A stretch of DNA of 64,000 nucleotides, from assembly GCA_950097015.1 (NCBI GenBank), contig CATNEN010000038.1, positions 13,454,001-13,518,000 on the forward strand. The letters are read 5' to 3'. Each line of letters begins with the position of its first letter. Position 1 is the first letter of the stretch. The notes beneath the pieces were generated by a model. It was not told where the DNA came from and searched no databases. It worked only from the letters and a program-made list of their open reading frames with translations. Origin of the DNA: Macrostomum hystrix. Its lineage: Eukaryota; Animalia; Platyhelminthes. The position numbers and the translations under genes are program-made. Of this stretch, positions 36,864 to 48,620 are shown piece after piece.

Positions 36864-37589
36864 AATATGGAATGCTTTAATTATTTATAAATTCTGAGTT
36901 TCTTTTATATACTGGTTTATTGTTTGGAATTATAGACTACTTTTAAATCGAACAGCCCCAGCCCATATGCAGTTTTTTTGAAGATCTCTCGAACTGCTCA
37001 GTACATGTGCGTGCCCACCTTATACGAGCTAATTTCAATTTCTCGAAAAATTGAAATGCCAAGCAGATTGTAAAAAGTTTTCGTGTATAAAGGCTGCACA
37101 TTGAAAAAAAACAGTTTCTGTTATGCGCATACATTTTGCCAATATTTGTACTTATGCTTTGCAAAAGTATTCATATTTTCTCAATATCTTACAACGATCT
37201 ACTCGTTAATTTAAACGTGTTGTTCTCTTTTGATACGAATTATTTGCTCTTTGCACATTAAAATAGATGTTTCTAAATAAAGTGCAGTTTCGTTTTGATA
37301 AACGTCTACTCTGATGTTTTTCGATTATTGATAGTAGTTCATAATAAAAATACCCTTCAAAGACTTGGTTCTGCACATTACAAATAGCGAGTAGTTCAAG
37401 GCAGTACTGAACTCATTCACTGCGCCAATGAGTCATTCTGACACTAAATCCACGCAACTAAATCCACGGACAAGGTACAACAAGGAGGTACGGGCAAGCT
37501 CCACGCAACTGTGCTGCCTCTCGCTAACTGCGGCGGGCACAGCCGTGGAGAGAAGGCTTGGGGGCTTGTCGTACAGTGGCACAGCGTGG

Positions 37590-37790
37590 AAAACTCAGTG
37601 GCAAAGCGGTTAACGTGTTTGCCTCTCGCAACGAGGTCCCTGAGCTCGATTCCGGGGCGAGGCTACATTCATTTTGAGGCGCAGCCGCGGAGAGAAGGCC
37701 GCGGCGGCGCAGCCCGCTTGGGGCTTGTCGTGCAATTTACGCCCTTGAGGGCCAACCTCCAAGGGACAGTGAGAGTGTACACTGCCTGAC
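37590..37790 (+). mobile_element. tRNA-derived SINE-like sequence
   Basis: A-box-like TGGCAAAGCGGT and B-box-like GCTCGATTCC in a tRNA-like arrangement, followed by a GC-rich body. A local duplication of GGAGAGAAGGC...GGGGCTTGTCGT flanks it. Confidence 0.45.
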
Positions 37791-39309
37791 GATGAGAAAG
37801 TCAGGGCAGATGTACACATCCTGTGTGAGCGTGTGCCTGCGTACATGAGTATCTGTGTGCATCTTGCAATGTACGAGTAGCAATGCTTACAATGTTACGC
37901 TCGTATGCGCTTGTTGTTGAGATCGAACTAAAAAATCCTAATTTCGTCTCCAGTGATGACATTCTACAAGATTCACAGATTGCAGGTGCGCATTTCTCTC
38001 TAGATACGAGTACTATACTTTTAGATGAAATTCGTTGATAATATACTTTTGGAGCGTTGGTGCTTGACAACTCGGATGCGGACAAGCAGATGATCCTCAC
38101 AGAGCAAGGCTTATCATGCTTAGACCTAATCTCGCGTGTCTTCAATCAGGTTCCAGAGTTGATCAGTTTCAAGCCTCTAACACCCGATACAGAAACTCCT
38201 GGCCAGCGGTTTCTGTAACCCGATTCGCAGCTTGTGTCATATGAGCCATCGATGATTGTTCAACCTTTTTGTGTAGGCATTACAATCATTCTGTTGCTAT
38301 TTTGGGTCAGAATCGAAAAGATATGAAACGATAAGTTGTTTGCCGTCTATAGTTTTCTTTAATTATCACTCTAGCTTATCTCTCTACGGTTTTCGCCCTA
38401 TACTACTTTATAAACGCCAGAAATAAGTAGGTACACATGCAAAAATGAATTAGCTTATCACGTTCTAACATACAGTTTAGAGGGATTCGTAGAACTGTTG
38501 CAACGGATATCAGCAGTAGAATTTTTCTTTATTGCGATTGTCATATTAACTTTTCTTTGTACCACCCCGTAGAGTCGTTGCTATAAATAGATGTGTGGAG
38601 TGCTGAGAGGCGGTACGTTTTGGGGCCTCCCTGACTCAACTTGGAACCCGTGAATCGTGTGTCTCTCATTCTTACTGGATTGAAGAATGCAACAGCGATC
38701 TGTACTCAGTTATCTCAAAGTAGCTGAATAATGCGATGCCAGCGCTTAATTAGCCTTAGGAGGACTGAAAAAAATTGAATGTGACTTGCGGGTTAGCAGC
38801 AAATGGTTATGGCTGAAGTTTTATTGGATTGTTACGCAATGCGAGCAAACTTTAGGAACTCCAGCAAACTTGAGCCCATTGCTCATTGGGCTGAAGCTTG
38901 TCTGTCAGCAATATAAGCGTAGCAGTGGCCTTTTATTTGCACTTGGTAACTGGCGAAAATGTACAAGAGAAGGGGCATCAGCCACCACTGCATGGCTTCG
39001 CTCCCCATTCTCGCTAAATCTTTCTGTTTTGCTGAACACTAAATTTCGATCTTTATAAAGGCCTCACGAGATACCAAGTTGATTGTTTGCCAACAGGTGG
39101 TTCAAGCTTTAAACCCATTCAACATGTGACAGTACAGTGACTGCTTGCCAAACCCGCCATTGATTTGCGTGTTTTATTTTCATGTTGGTCTGTTGTTTAT
39201 TTTTATTAAAAGTCTTTTCTTTCTATTTTCATCATTCTCACTTACTCACTCTCACTCACAAATAATTGATTTGTCTTATTTCCCTACACAATCTTTATCA
39301 CCGTAGAAT

Positions 39310-39635
39310 CTCTTTCTCATACCCTAGGTTCTCTTTCTCATACCCTAGGTTCTCTTTCTAGGTTCTCTTAGGTTCTCTTAAGAGAACCCTAGGTTCTCTT
39401 TCTCACACACTAGGTTCTCTTTCTCACACACTAGGTTCTCTTTCTCATACCCTAGGTTCTCTTTCTCATACCCAAGGTTCTCTTTCTCATACCCTAGGTT
39501 CTCTTTCTCACACCCTAAACTCTCTCTCACCATAGATTCTTTTTCTCACACCGAAGACACTCTGTCTCACACCTTAGATCCAATTTCTCATACCCTAGAC
39601 TCTCTTTCTCACACCCTAGATTCTCTTTTTCACAC
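39310..39635. repeat. 21-bp minisatellite (CTAGGTTCTCTTTCTCATACC)
   Basis: Tandem imperfect copies. Confidence 0.9.
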
Positions 39636-41920
39636 TCTACATAAAACAAAATCAAACCAAAATCCTTTCGAGCCTTGTGCCTTTCCCATATTCATGCAAT
39701 GCATTAGTTTTCTTCACCCGCTGCCTTTTGTTTCGGAGGCAAGTTTTACTTGCTATAGCCTGCTTACTGCCTTAACATGGCGCATTTGAAAGATATGCAG
39801 AACAGTGACAGTTGTCCTATCCGCTCCCTCTTCCTCCATCCTATGTTCCTCTCAGCAAGAACATGCGCCAAAGGTACTAATGAGGGAGGATAATTGAGTC
39901 GGGTCTGGCTCATCCCGCCCTGCCCTGAAGCATAGTTTCTTTCCATTTTTCCTTTCTGTTTCGTCACTCCTTCGATCCAGAAATCATTTTCCCCAGCCTG
40001 CATCTTCCTGTCTTTCTGCGCATCCAAGAAATTAGAAATATATATTTGCCCTTTGCTATAACGCCGTCAAAGCATGACTGATCTGGTAAATATGGTTTTC
40101 TGGGCCAAGTGGCAGCTAAAATAATCTCCAGCTCCCATATTTCAGATTTTTTCCAGATTCTGGTCGATTTTTATTCAACTTAAACGAGCGTTTTTGCCCC
40201 GACCGGTTTATGATCGGATACTTTTAGCCGTGCGTGCACTTTATCAATTCACAAACACGCCTTCTACCTGAAGTACGGGGTTACTGAGCGAGGACGGCGG
40301 GGCAGTAACTAAAAGTCCATCCCTGTCGATCCGCCATTATTGATTCGCAAGAGCTGGTCGTGTGGGAGACAGAAAGCGAACTCTAAACATCAGCTCCTCT
40401 CGCAATCTATTTGCCAGCCGTCCATTGATTTCATTTATCGATGTGCTAACGCCATAGCGGTACATTCGAATTAGGCTCTTTGAAGTGTGCTGCAATAAAA
40501 ACCCAATTAGAGGATTTCCCTATGCCAGAGTGCAAAGTCTATTTATCACACAAGTGTTCTTTTGCACTGAATTATTATATATTGTCTCATGGTACAAAAA
40601 TTATAGTGTTTCGATGGCTAAAAAGTTGTTGTCAGAAGCATTTTTTAGACACCCTCTCTGTACTGAAGCTTTGCGCGGCAACACTTTTTGGCAGCAAGAT
40701 GACTTAATGCAGTACCTGCGCCGCTATAGGAACAATCACAGTCACAGTCTGTTATAGCCAATACAAAATTTACATAATGCGTACCAATGGCTTATTAACG
40801 TGTTCAAATACGAACCTCAGCCTCACCTTCTTCTTAATCCATGAGCTCATCTCGCTTGGGTGCACACAAATTCGTCTCCTCCCATCGCTAAATTAGTGGG
40901 GTGACAAACGAGTGCTCAGCCGGGCATAGCTCTGATGGCTGGATGAGTGGATGAATCATATTCGAGCCTCAGCGCCTCTTATTAATAATCCAAGTGGGAT
41001 TAATAGAGAATATATAATTTGCCTCTATGTAAAATTAGGTTTTTATTACTTATTCATTTCCGTTAGAATAAACAATCTCTCGTAGAACAGCATTCCTCAT
41101 AATGCCCGAATCAAAATCGGGCAGTTTAACTCAACTCAAACTGAGTTGTTTAACTCAACACTAATCTAGAGAAAGTGATATTTTAGCAAAAGCTAGAGCG
41201 AGATATAGAAAGTTGACAATTTCCTAAGTGACATTTCACAAACATATGATTCCGACAAAGTTTGAGCTTGAGTTATATACAGATAGTATATAGTATCGTT
41301 GGAAATGTCTGACTTCGGCAAGTCAGATTAGCTCGTATAAGATAAATTTAGCTTGCTGCTCCTAGGTGACACATACCTCACAGACAAGGCATGATCTAAT
41401 CCACCGTGAGTCTGAGTTCGGTCCAGCACAATGCATTTGTCAGGCCAAGATGCAGAAAGTGCTTGCTGCTGGCTTATAGGGGGAATGCGGAATTAGAGCA
41501 CAGACGAGAAAGAAGCCCCAACTATGCTAAGTACAGCAAAAGTGCTCGACGAATTCGCAAGCGGATTGGCCAGTAGGAAATATACTGGCAGCTCGGCCTC
41601 CCGTCAGTGTACACTCAAGCAAGCAGGCTTTCATCGCATCTACACGCAGACAGATATTATTAGGAAAGTCGAAAGGCGAGGGAGAAAGTGAAAGAGAAAT
41701 AGAGCAGTGGGAGGAGAGAGTAAGTGGAACTTAAGTGGTTTCCGACGGGACCAGTGGTGTGGGACTGAAAGAAAGCTGAAAAAGTGAGGAACCCAAGTGG
41801 CAGCGAACTGGAGAGCTAAACGTCGATTTAGAGGCATTCGCAGCATGCTCTTCAACCATCGGCTCAATCGCTTTTTAGAGTAGTGTGAATTTTTCACCGC
41901 CCCTCTGCAACTGGCCTTCA

Positions 41921-42820
41921 ATGATGGGGAGCGGACTCGCACGCCTCTTGGCTCCCTGCGCCAGCTCAAAGTGTCACAGTTGTCGAGAGCCACCACAGCG
42001 CCGCGTTCAGCAGCACCAGCGACAAGACGAGCCATATAGAAGGCTGCAGAATGTAGATAGGCAACAGCAGCATGAACAGCTGCATCAATGTCCGAAAAAT
42101 CGGTCTTCATTTCGACAGCAGCGATTGGTTCCACTGGTCCCTGTGCCATTAGAGAATTGGCAGTTAACTCCGCCACCCATACAAACAGACAAACTACATC
42201 ACAAGCAGAAGCGGCAACGAGGAGAACCTCTACCTGCGTCTTCAACTGTGTCTAGCATTATTCAACTGCTGCCCGAGCCAAGAGAAGCCAGTTGTTCCGA
42301 AGAAGACGCTGGTGTTGCAGTAAAACTGCGCCATAGAAAGTGCCGCACAAACTCTGCTTCCAGGCAGCACCGGCGGCACACGGAGGGCTGCAGCAGCCGG
42401 GTGCGATTGAAGCGAGCAACTTGTAGCACAGGAAGCGACGGTGGCGGAAGAATCCATGTGGTTGACAGCTTGCCACAGGTGCAACTCCGGCTGCAACACT
42501 ATCATCAAGAGTTGAGTCATCAGCTACATCAGCATAGTCGAGTTCAGCAGGTGGCAGGCGAGAAGCTGCACGCGTTCTGTTGTCTGCCTGTGAGCGCTTG
42601 GACTCGAGACTGGCTCAATCGAAGCGAAATCAGCGTCGCCGCATTGGCCAGCAGATTTCACTGCTCCCTGAAAGAACTTCGGCCAGAGAGAGCTGAAAAC
42701 AACGGCGACAGCAGCGTCGAGTACTGTATCCTCGAAATCTGGGGACCAAATGTCTCCAAGGTGCGCCAATTTCACGATCGACTTCTGATGCTGGCTGCAA
42801 AAGATAATGAGCGATTCTGA
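41921..42820 (+). CDS. Uncharacterized single-exon protein (~299 aa): disordered Q/R/H-rich N-terminus and a small C-terminal alpha/beta (possibly KH-like) domain
   Basis: 900-nt ORF with coding-like composition, starting MMGSGLARLLAPC. C-terminal LHAFCCLPVS...ALASRFHCSL...CILEIWGPNVSKVRQFHDRL. Confidence 0.55.
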   Translation: MMGSGLARLLAPCASSKCHSCREPPQRRVQQHQRQDEPYRRLQNVDRQQQHEQLHQCPKNRSSFRQQRLVPLVPVPLENWQLTPPPIQTDKLHHKQKRQRGEPLPASSTVSSIIQLLPEPREASCSEEDAGVAVKLRHRKCRTNSASRQHRRHTEGCSSRVRLKRATCSTGSDGGGRIHVVDSLPQVQLRLQHYHQELSHQLHQHSRVQQVAGEKLHAFCCLPVSAWTRDWLNRSEISVAALASRFHCSLKELRPERAENNGDSSVEYCILEIWGPNVSKVRQFHDRLLMLAAKDNERF

Positions 42821-44144
42821 CATTGAACTTTAGCGTTATCATATGTTTTAGTTTTTAATCTAGAAAAGCATTTGCGTCTTTTTTATTGGCAGCAAGAGAT
42901 TTTTAGATCTTTCAGCCTAAATTGCTCTGTGAAAATGCGAATGCTCATACAATACTCATTAATTAGAGTCAACTAAATCAAATATAAGCGTCCTTCAGTC
43001 CTTCCGTGCACTAGCCATTATCATCCAGTCTTTAGAGTCACTGCAACACTCGTAAAATAGGTTTCAGGTGGAAAATTATAGTGTGCTATATTTTCTACTC
43101 GATTGCACTTTTGCGAGCGTAAAATATGCTCAAAGTGTAACATCGGCTCCTGTTTTCTATAGGGTTTTAGATAATTTAGTAATCCTATACTCGTAGTCGT
43201 ATAGCTCGTTTTCCCTAGAAAAAACATATAGATTAAAATTTCTCAAGCAAGATTAGATTTCAGGCAGGCAAATCTGCAGTGAGATCGTTTGTAAATAGTC
43301 GTACTTTTCTATTCAAGTGTGTTTGGGAAAGTTAATACGAAAATGTATCGAATAAATGGCTTTCTGTAGATAGTTAAGGTCTTGATATCTATACCTTTAG
43401 ATACCCAAGCCAAGCGCTTTTTAGTGTGCTAAACAACAAAACTTCTGACACCTTTGACAATTCAAATCGGGTTGATGATCGGGTTCTCAGTACTTTAAGC
43501 TGTACGTGTAAACACTAGCCTGTTACATTAAAGAAGCGCGCCATATATTATTGTGTTGAAGTGTATAAGATTTGCATAAATGAATTTTAGCTGCAAATCA
43601 ACTCAGATGCCAGTGAGAACTTATAAAATGATACTATAACTTTAGTACTTGATAAATCTATGCATGAATTCGTAACTTAAAGGGCCAACCACCCGTCCCC
43701 ACTCATAATGTATGCTTCCGTGCCAGCCTGTGCAAGTTGGCTTCGGAATCTTATGCCAACCTGCCAATGACTCAAACCTAGGCCACACATAGGTAACATA
43801 TTTACATGTTAAATGTAAACGTTTACAATGATCCAAATCTGCAACTAAAAACAAGTGGCATGGGTCAGGGAGGGGCAAACAATTATGCGGCTTACGGGAT
43901 TAAAGAGAGAATCCTAGAGAGGACAGCGATTTGGTTGACGGAGAGAGAAACAGGGCCGTGAAGAACTGAAGAAACACCTCCCCTCTAAACCCCAGTTTTA
44001 CGGACAAGATTTAGGCTGACAGTCTGTCCCACAGGTACACTGGGCAGATAAACAATTCAGGTTCACTGCTAATATGCAAAATAAATCACAGATAACTACT
44101 AGAGCCAGTTCTTTCATCCGCTATTTTTTACTTTTTTATTTCAT

Positions 44145-44550
44145 TAGGTTGTAGCCTTGTGGGAGGTTGTGGGAGGTTGTGGGAGGCTGTGGGAGGTTGT
44201 AGCCCTGTGGGAGGTTGTAGCCCTGTGGGAGGTTGTAGCCCTGTGGGAGTTTGTAGCCCCGTGGGAGGTTGTAGCCCCGTGGCAGGTTGTAGACCCGTGG
44301 GAGGTTGTAGCCCTGTGGGAGTTTGTAGCCCTGTGGGAGTTTGTAGCCCCGTGGGAGGTTGTAGCCCCGTGAGAGGTTGTAGCCCTGTGAGAGGTTGTAG
44401 CCATGTGGGAGGTTGTAGCCCTGTGGGAGTTTGTAGCCCCGTGGGAGGTTGTGGGAGGTTGTAGCCCTGTGGGAGTTTGTGGGAGGTTGTAGCCCTGTGG
44501 GAGTTTGTGGGAGGTTGTAGCCCTGTTGGAGGTTGTGGGAGGTTGTAGCT
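44145..44550. repeat. 18-bp minisatellite (GTGGGAGGTTGTAGCCCT) fused to the 5' end of a SINE
   Basis: About 20 tandem units running directly into the SINE head. Confidence 0.95.
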
Positions 44551-44850
44551 TTGGGGTTAGAACGTCGGACTCACGACTTGAAGGTCGTGGGTTCGATTCT
44601 TGACTCCACTGGAACAGTTTGTGTCCTTTAGCAATACACTTAACTCTGCATTGCTTCCGTTCACCCAGCTATTAAATGGCTACCAGCATTAGCTGGGGTA
44701 ATTGAGGGTGGGTGTGGCGTTTCTCTCCCCCCAGTCCATGGACTGAACAGCTGTACGCAGCCTACAGGTGTGCTGCGCAATAGCTGGGGCTGTGCTGTAC
44801 GCTGCACATCTGGCCCAATCCGTGTAGGTGTAATCTATTATTATTTACTA
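44540..44850 (+). mobile_element. tRNA-derived SINE with a CORE-like central domain and (TAT)n tail
   Basis: tRNA-like head with B box GGTTCGATTC (~44589). Central TGTGTCCTTTAGCAATACACTTAACTC...CACCCAGCT.TTAAATGGCTACC resembles CORE-type SINE domains. Ends TATTATTATT. Related segments lie at 22.2 kb and 60.6 kb (shared CAGTCCATGGACTG). Confidence 0.75.
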
Positions 44851-45934
44851 CTATTTTTTCCTTAGAAAACCGAATATCCGCATTTTTTTCTTAACCTTGC
44901 GAGTCTGCATGTTTGTGATAGGATATTTGCATATAGAAAGTTTAAAAAATAATAAATAAATAAAAACTAAAAAAATGGGCCAACAGCCTAGGAACCACGA
45001 CCTTCGGCGTCGTGTGCGCTCCCTCCACGCCTTCAGATCTCTCAACAGATGATCCAACCCTTACGTTTGCACCTTTTCAAACCCGACTTATTCGAAACAT
45101 TGGGTGTGTTGTCCAAATGAATTTTATCTGCGGGATAATTGATATATAATGACAATATAGAATGTCCTGACCTGATATTATCGTTCACCATAATTGTGCT
45201 ATCAGATTGTCCTATGTGCTAATCTATACGATTCGAGATCAAGGCATAGAATGTAGACAACAGCTAGGAATAAGAAAGATAAAATATTAAGAGACTTTCA
45301 CATAAACGAGCGGGCTGAGCACTGGTGCATGTGTGTGTAGTTGGAGCTGCCAGAAGCGATAAGGAAAGCAGGCAAGATGCGGTTCTGCCGGCTGGGATTG
45401 CCCTGGGGGAGTTTATCGAGAATATGAGGCGCGGATTAGAGACAGCCCTTCCGCCTAATATCCCGGTCAGGGAGAAGTTAAAGAGACAGGCAGGCAATCG
45501 AGCAGACAGCAGGGACTGCAGTTCCCGCTTCCCCATGCAGTTTGGCGTGCTGCTACGATGGACTCTAAATCGGAACCTGTCTTGCCTCTGTCTTTGTAGA
45601 GAGATTTGTCCTGGGGGACACTAATCCGCTTGGCTTTGATGTCGGGGTTTACATTTTCGGCTGGTTTATAGCGATTTGACGTCCTTTCTGAAGAAGCGCA
45701 AGAGGAACAGGTGTGAAACTTGGGAAATGAGCATTATGTAACCTGTTTAGAGCAGGTAAAAAGGAGAGATAGTGTAATTACCATGATTGGCACAGTCGCT
45801 TATTTTCGAAACTGCTTTCGTTGACGTGAATAATTGTTGATGCATATTAGTTTGATTAAAGAGAGGTTGACAGTAAATACGACATGGTGCAAAATGCTAC
45901 AGAGACATTGCCCTGACCAACCTCTGCACACACA

Positions 45935-46260
45935 CTCAAGCAGCGGTGTAAAACAATGCCGAGAAAAAAACTATAAAAAACTAACAAGTTTTATTCTCCC
46001 TATACATCGACCCGCTAAGCACAATCCTAAAAAACTCCTTTCAAAGCCATACCTCCATATTGAATGAAGAAGTAAACAACCTGCCTTATTGTGACGATTT
46101 AGTCATTTTTGGTGTGAAGACCTGACAGAATTACAAAAAGGCCTCGACAAAGTAGCAGATTTTTGCAATACTCATAAATTAGAAATAAACACTGAGAAGA
46201 CAAAGCTTCTGAGCTGCAATCTCCACTCAAGGGCAACACATAGACTGTTTTTACGAATCA
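45935..46260 (+). mobile_element. Degenerate LINE reverse-transcriptase fragment (CR1/L2-group-like)
   Basis: Remnants SSGVKQ, LFSLYIDPL, VNNLPYCDDLVIF (YxDD), then after a frameshift LQKGLDKVADFCNTHKLEINTEKTKLL. Confidence 0.8.
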
Positions 46261-47314
46261 GGAATTCATCCACATGACTTCGGATCCTGTACAAGCCTAC
46301 ACTTCTTTATCGTGATTTAAAACCTTGTTTTGGAAAGCTGTATTTCCTACTTTCTACAAGTAGTAGTACTTGCACATGTATATGGTCTGATTCAGTTAAA
46401 CAGGTGCCACTTAAAGTGATTGACAGATGCATGAGTAGATTCATTCAACTGCTTATCATAATGCTGCTCTTAGCACATAGCGTGTAATTATCAACATAAA
46501 GCATCTAGAAGTATCTGCCCGAAGCCACTTCATAACGTTTATTACCTCAGAGTTTTCAAAACGGCAAAACGGCTCGGCAAAGGGCAGCGGTTTGCAATCC
46601 ACGCAGAGCATTGTCCTGAGCTGCCTCATAAGGCAGGGCCTGCTTGAACCCACAGCCGCTCAAACTGACCACAAAGAAGGTGGCGGGACCTCTGCCCACT
46701 TGTATGGCCTTCTCAATTTGCGCTCAAAATACGCTCACAAAGTGGTCCATCTTCTTGTTGGATGGGCAGAATGCTGATTGCCATGCACAAACAGTTAAAC
46801 TTACTATTACGGAATAATTAAAAGAAGTTGGCCATAATCGCGCTACGCGACTCGACATTTTACCTCGTCTCAGTCCTCTGCAGCCTATCAATATTGGTAT
46901 ATAATTGGTATTTTAAGATGCACGCTTTAAGACGAAAGCCATTACTAGCCTAGTACAATTATTATTTCGGTGTTAGTTTAAACTGGCGAGTTAAATTGAA
47001 TAATATGCCATTGTAAGAGTTATATTACAAAATACGACATGAACTGAATGTGACATTCTGGAACACTTGCATTGATTGCATTGTAAAAAACTGGCCTGAC
47101 TTTAAATGTTATTAACTTAAGACTTTGAAATGTAAAAAATTCAATAGGGTCGTAAATCTGAGCATTTGATGTATCCTTCTATTCCCGCTTTAAATATATA
47201 GGGCCGCATTCTGGCAGAAATCTATAAGCATAAGGTGGATCTTTCAAAGAGCACTCAAGAACCAAAGTGCTAAAATCTGAAACTCGCACCAAAGTCAAAA
47301 GTCGACAACAAGTG

Positions 47315-48620
47315 TCACTGTTTCATTTTAATTGAGCACGTTCCCGCATTGTGCGCTTTAGTGTGTTTTCTCAATGAGGATGGGTGACTGTACGACTTTC
47401 CACAGCCGGCCATGCGACAACGATAGCTCTTGGCACAGGCGTGCACCTGCTCGTGCTTCTTCCGGTCTGAGCTGCTTGCAAAGCGCCTGCCGCAGCCGTT
47501 GAAACTGCAGGAGAACGGTTTCTCACCTGGTGTCGGTGATGGCGTCTGAGACTTAGCTCCAAAATGAAATAATAGTCTGATAGAAGAAGCTAAATTACGA
47601 GTACATGAGACATGGGCTTTGTCTTGGGGTTGCAGGCTGCCGAAGCTTCTTGAATCGAATGACCGACGCCTCCTATAAATCTATAGTGGTGCCCACTAGC
47701 CCAAGTTGGCACCTCCCCAGTCCAAGGTGGCACCTCCCCAGTTCAAGGTGGCACCTCCCCAGTCCAAGGTGGCACCTCCCCAGTCCAAGGTGGCACCTCC
47801 CCAGTCCAAGGTGGCGCCTCCTTAGTCCAAGGTGGCACCTCCCCAGTCCAAGGTGGCGCCTCCTTAGTCCTTACTCCAAACATCTGTCCGCAGTCAGCAA
47901 AGTTGCATCGAAATGGTCGCTCGCCAGTGTGAACCCGGATGTGATTTACCAGCTTGTACCGCGCAGTGAACGGTTTCAGTCGCCTATTGCAGCCAAACCA
48001 ATGACAGACGTGCCGTCCTTCTTCTGAATGACCTAGTACAGCACAACGTATTATTTGTTCAAAGTATTTTACTGATAGAAACACATAAGTTTACGAATAT
48101 TGATTTGTTTCATACTCACCTGTTGTAAATGCCAGGTGATCATTTGTGACATGCTGCACAATGTCACTGACTCACGTGAAAACTTGACCACAGTAGCCAC
48201 CAGAAGGATCAGAAACCTGTCTGAGCCACCAACAGTGCAGCTGAGACTGTAATGTATAGGCCGGTTTTAAAGCCAGTTCTACTTGTTGCTATAGAGTACG
48301 GCTGCTGCTGACTTGATTTGGTTGCTGAAACATGTAACTGTGCAGTATACTGCTGTTGCTGCTGCTGATGATAACCGGTAACTGATGATGCTGAAACTGG
48401 TAATGCTCGGTGGGCTTAGCTTGTGAGCTGAGCTGTTGTCGGCAGCAAAAAAAGCAGCAGCAGTACACCTGACTTCGAGCTGGATGTGTAAAGCAACAGG
48501 AAGATCTGCATACGAACAAATAACGGCTGCATTTGCGGCTTGTTGTGGAAATACGGGATTGCAGCATGCGCCGTAGTGAGCAGCAGCGCCTGTTGCTGGT
48601 CCAATGAACATGCCTTTTTA
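47315..48620 (-). pseudogene. ZIC: Zic/odd-paired C2H2 zinc-finger transcription factor pseudogene
   Basis: ZF1 HCWW...CGQVFT*VSDIVQHVTNDH. ZF2-3 VCHWFGC...[33 protein letters not shown]4-5 [29 protein letters not shown]...[14 protein letters not shown]. In-frame TAG (48289-91) and TGA (48172-74). The C-terminal half of ZF3 is missing and a minisatellite sits in its place. Confidence 0.85.
47700..47872. repeat. 21-bp minisatellite (GGCACCTCCCCAGTCCAAGGT) interrupting Zic ZF3
   Basis: About 8 tandem units. Confidence 0.92.

Noticed and set aside
37590-37665. Functional tRNA gene (also at ~44540-44610)
   Set aside because: Acceptor stems do not pair properly and the sequences continue into SINE-like bodies.
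37782-37812. Hammerhead ribozyme (CTGACGA..GAAA)
   Set aside because: No stem II between the core motifs and no convincing cleavage triplet; only a simple hairpin.
39764-40027. LINE 3'-end remnant
   Set aside because: Resemblance too weak to support without a search.
48172-48174. Selenocysteine or read-through TGA in Zic
   Set aside because: It is not a Cys position, and a second TAG plus loss of half of ZF3 indicate pseudogenisation.
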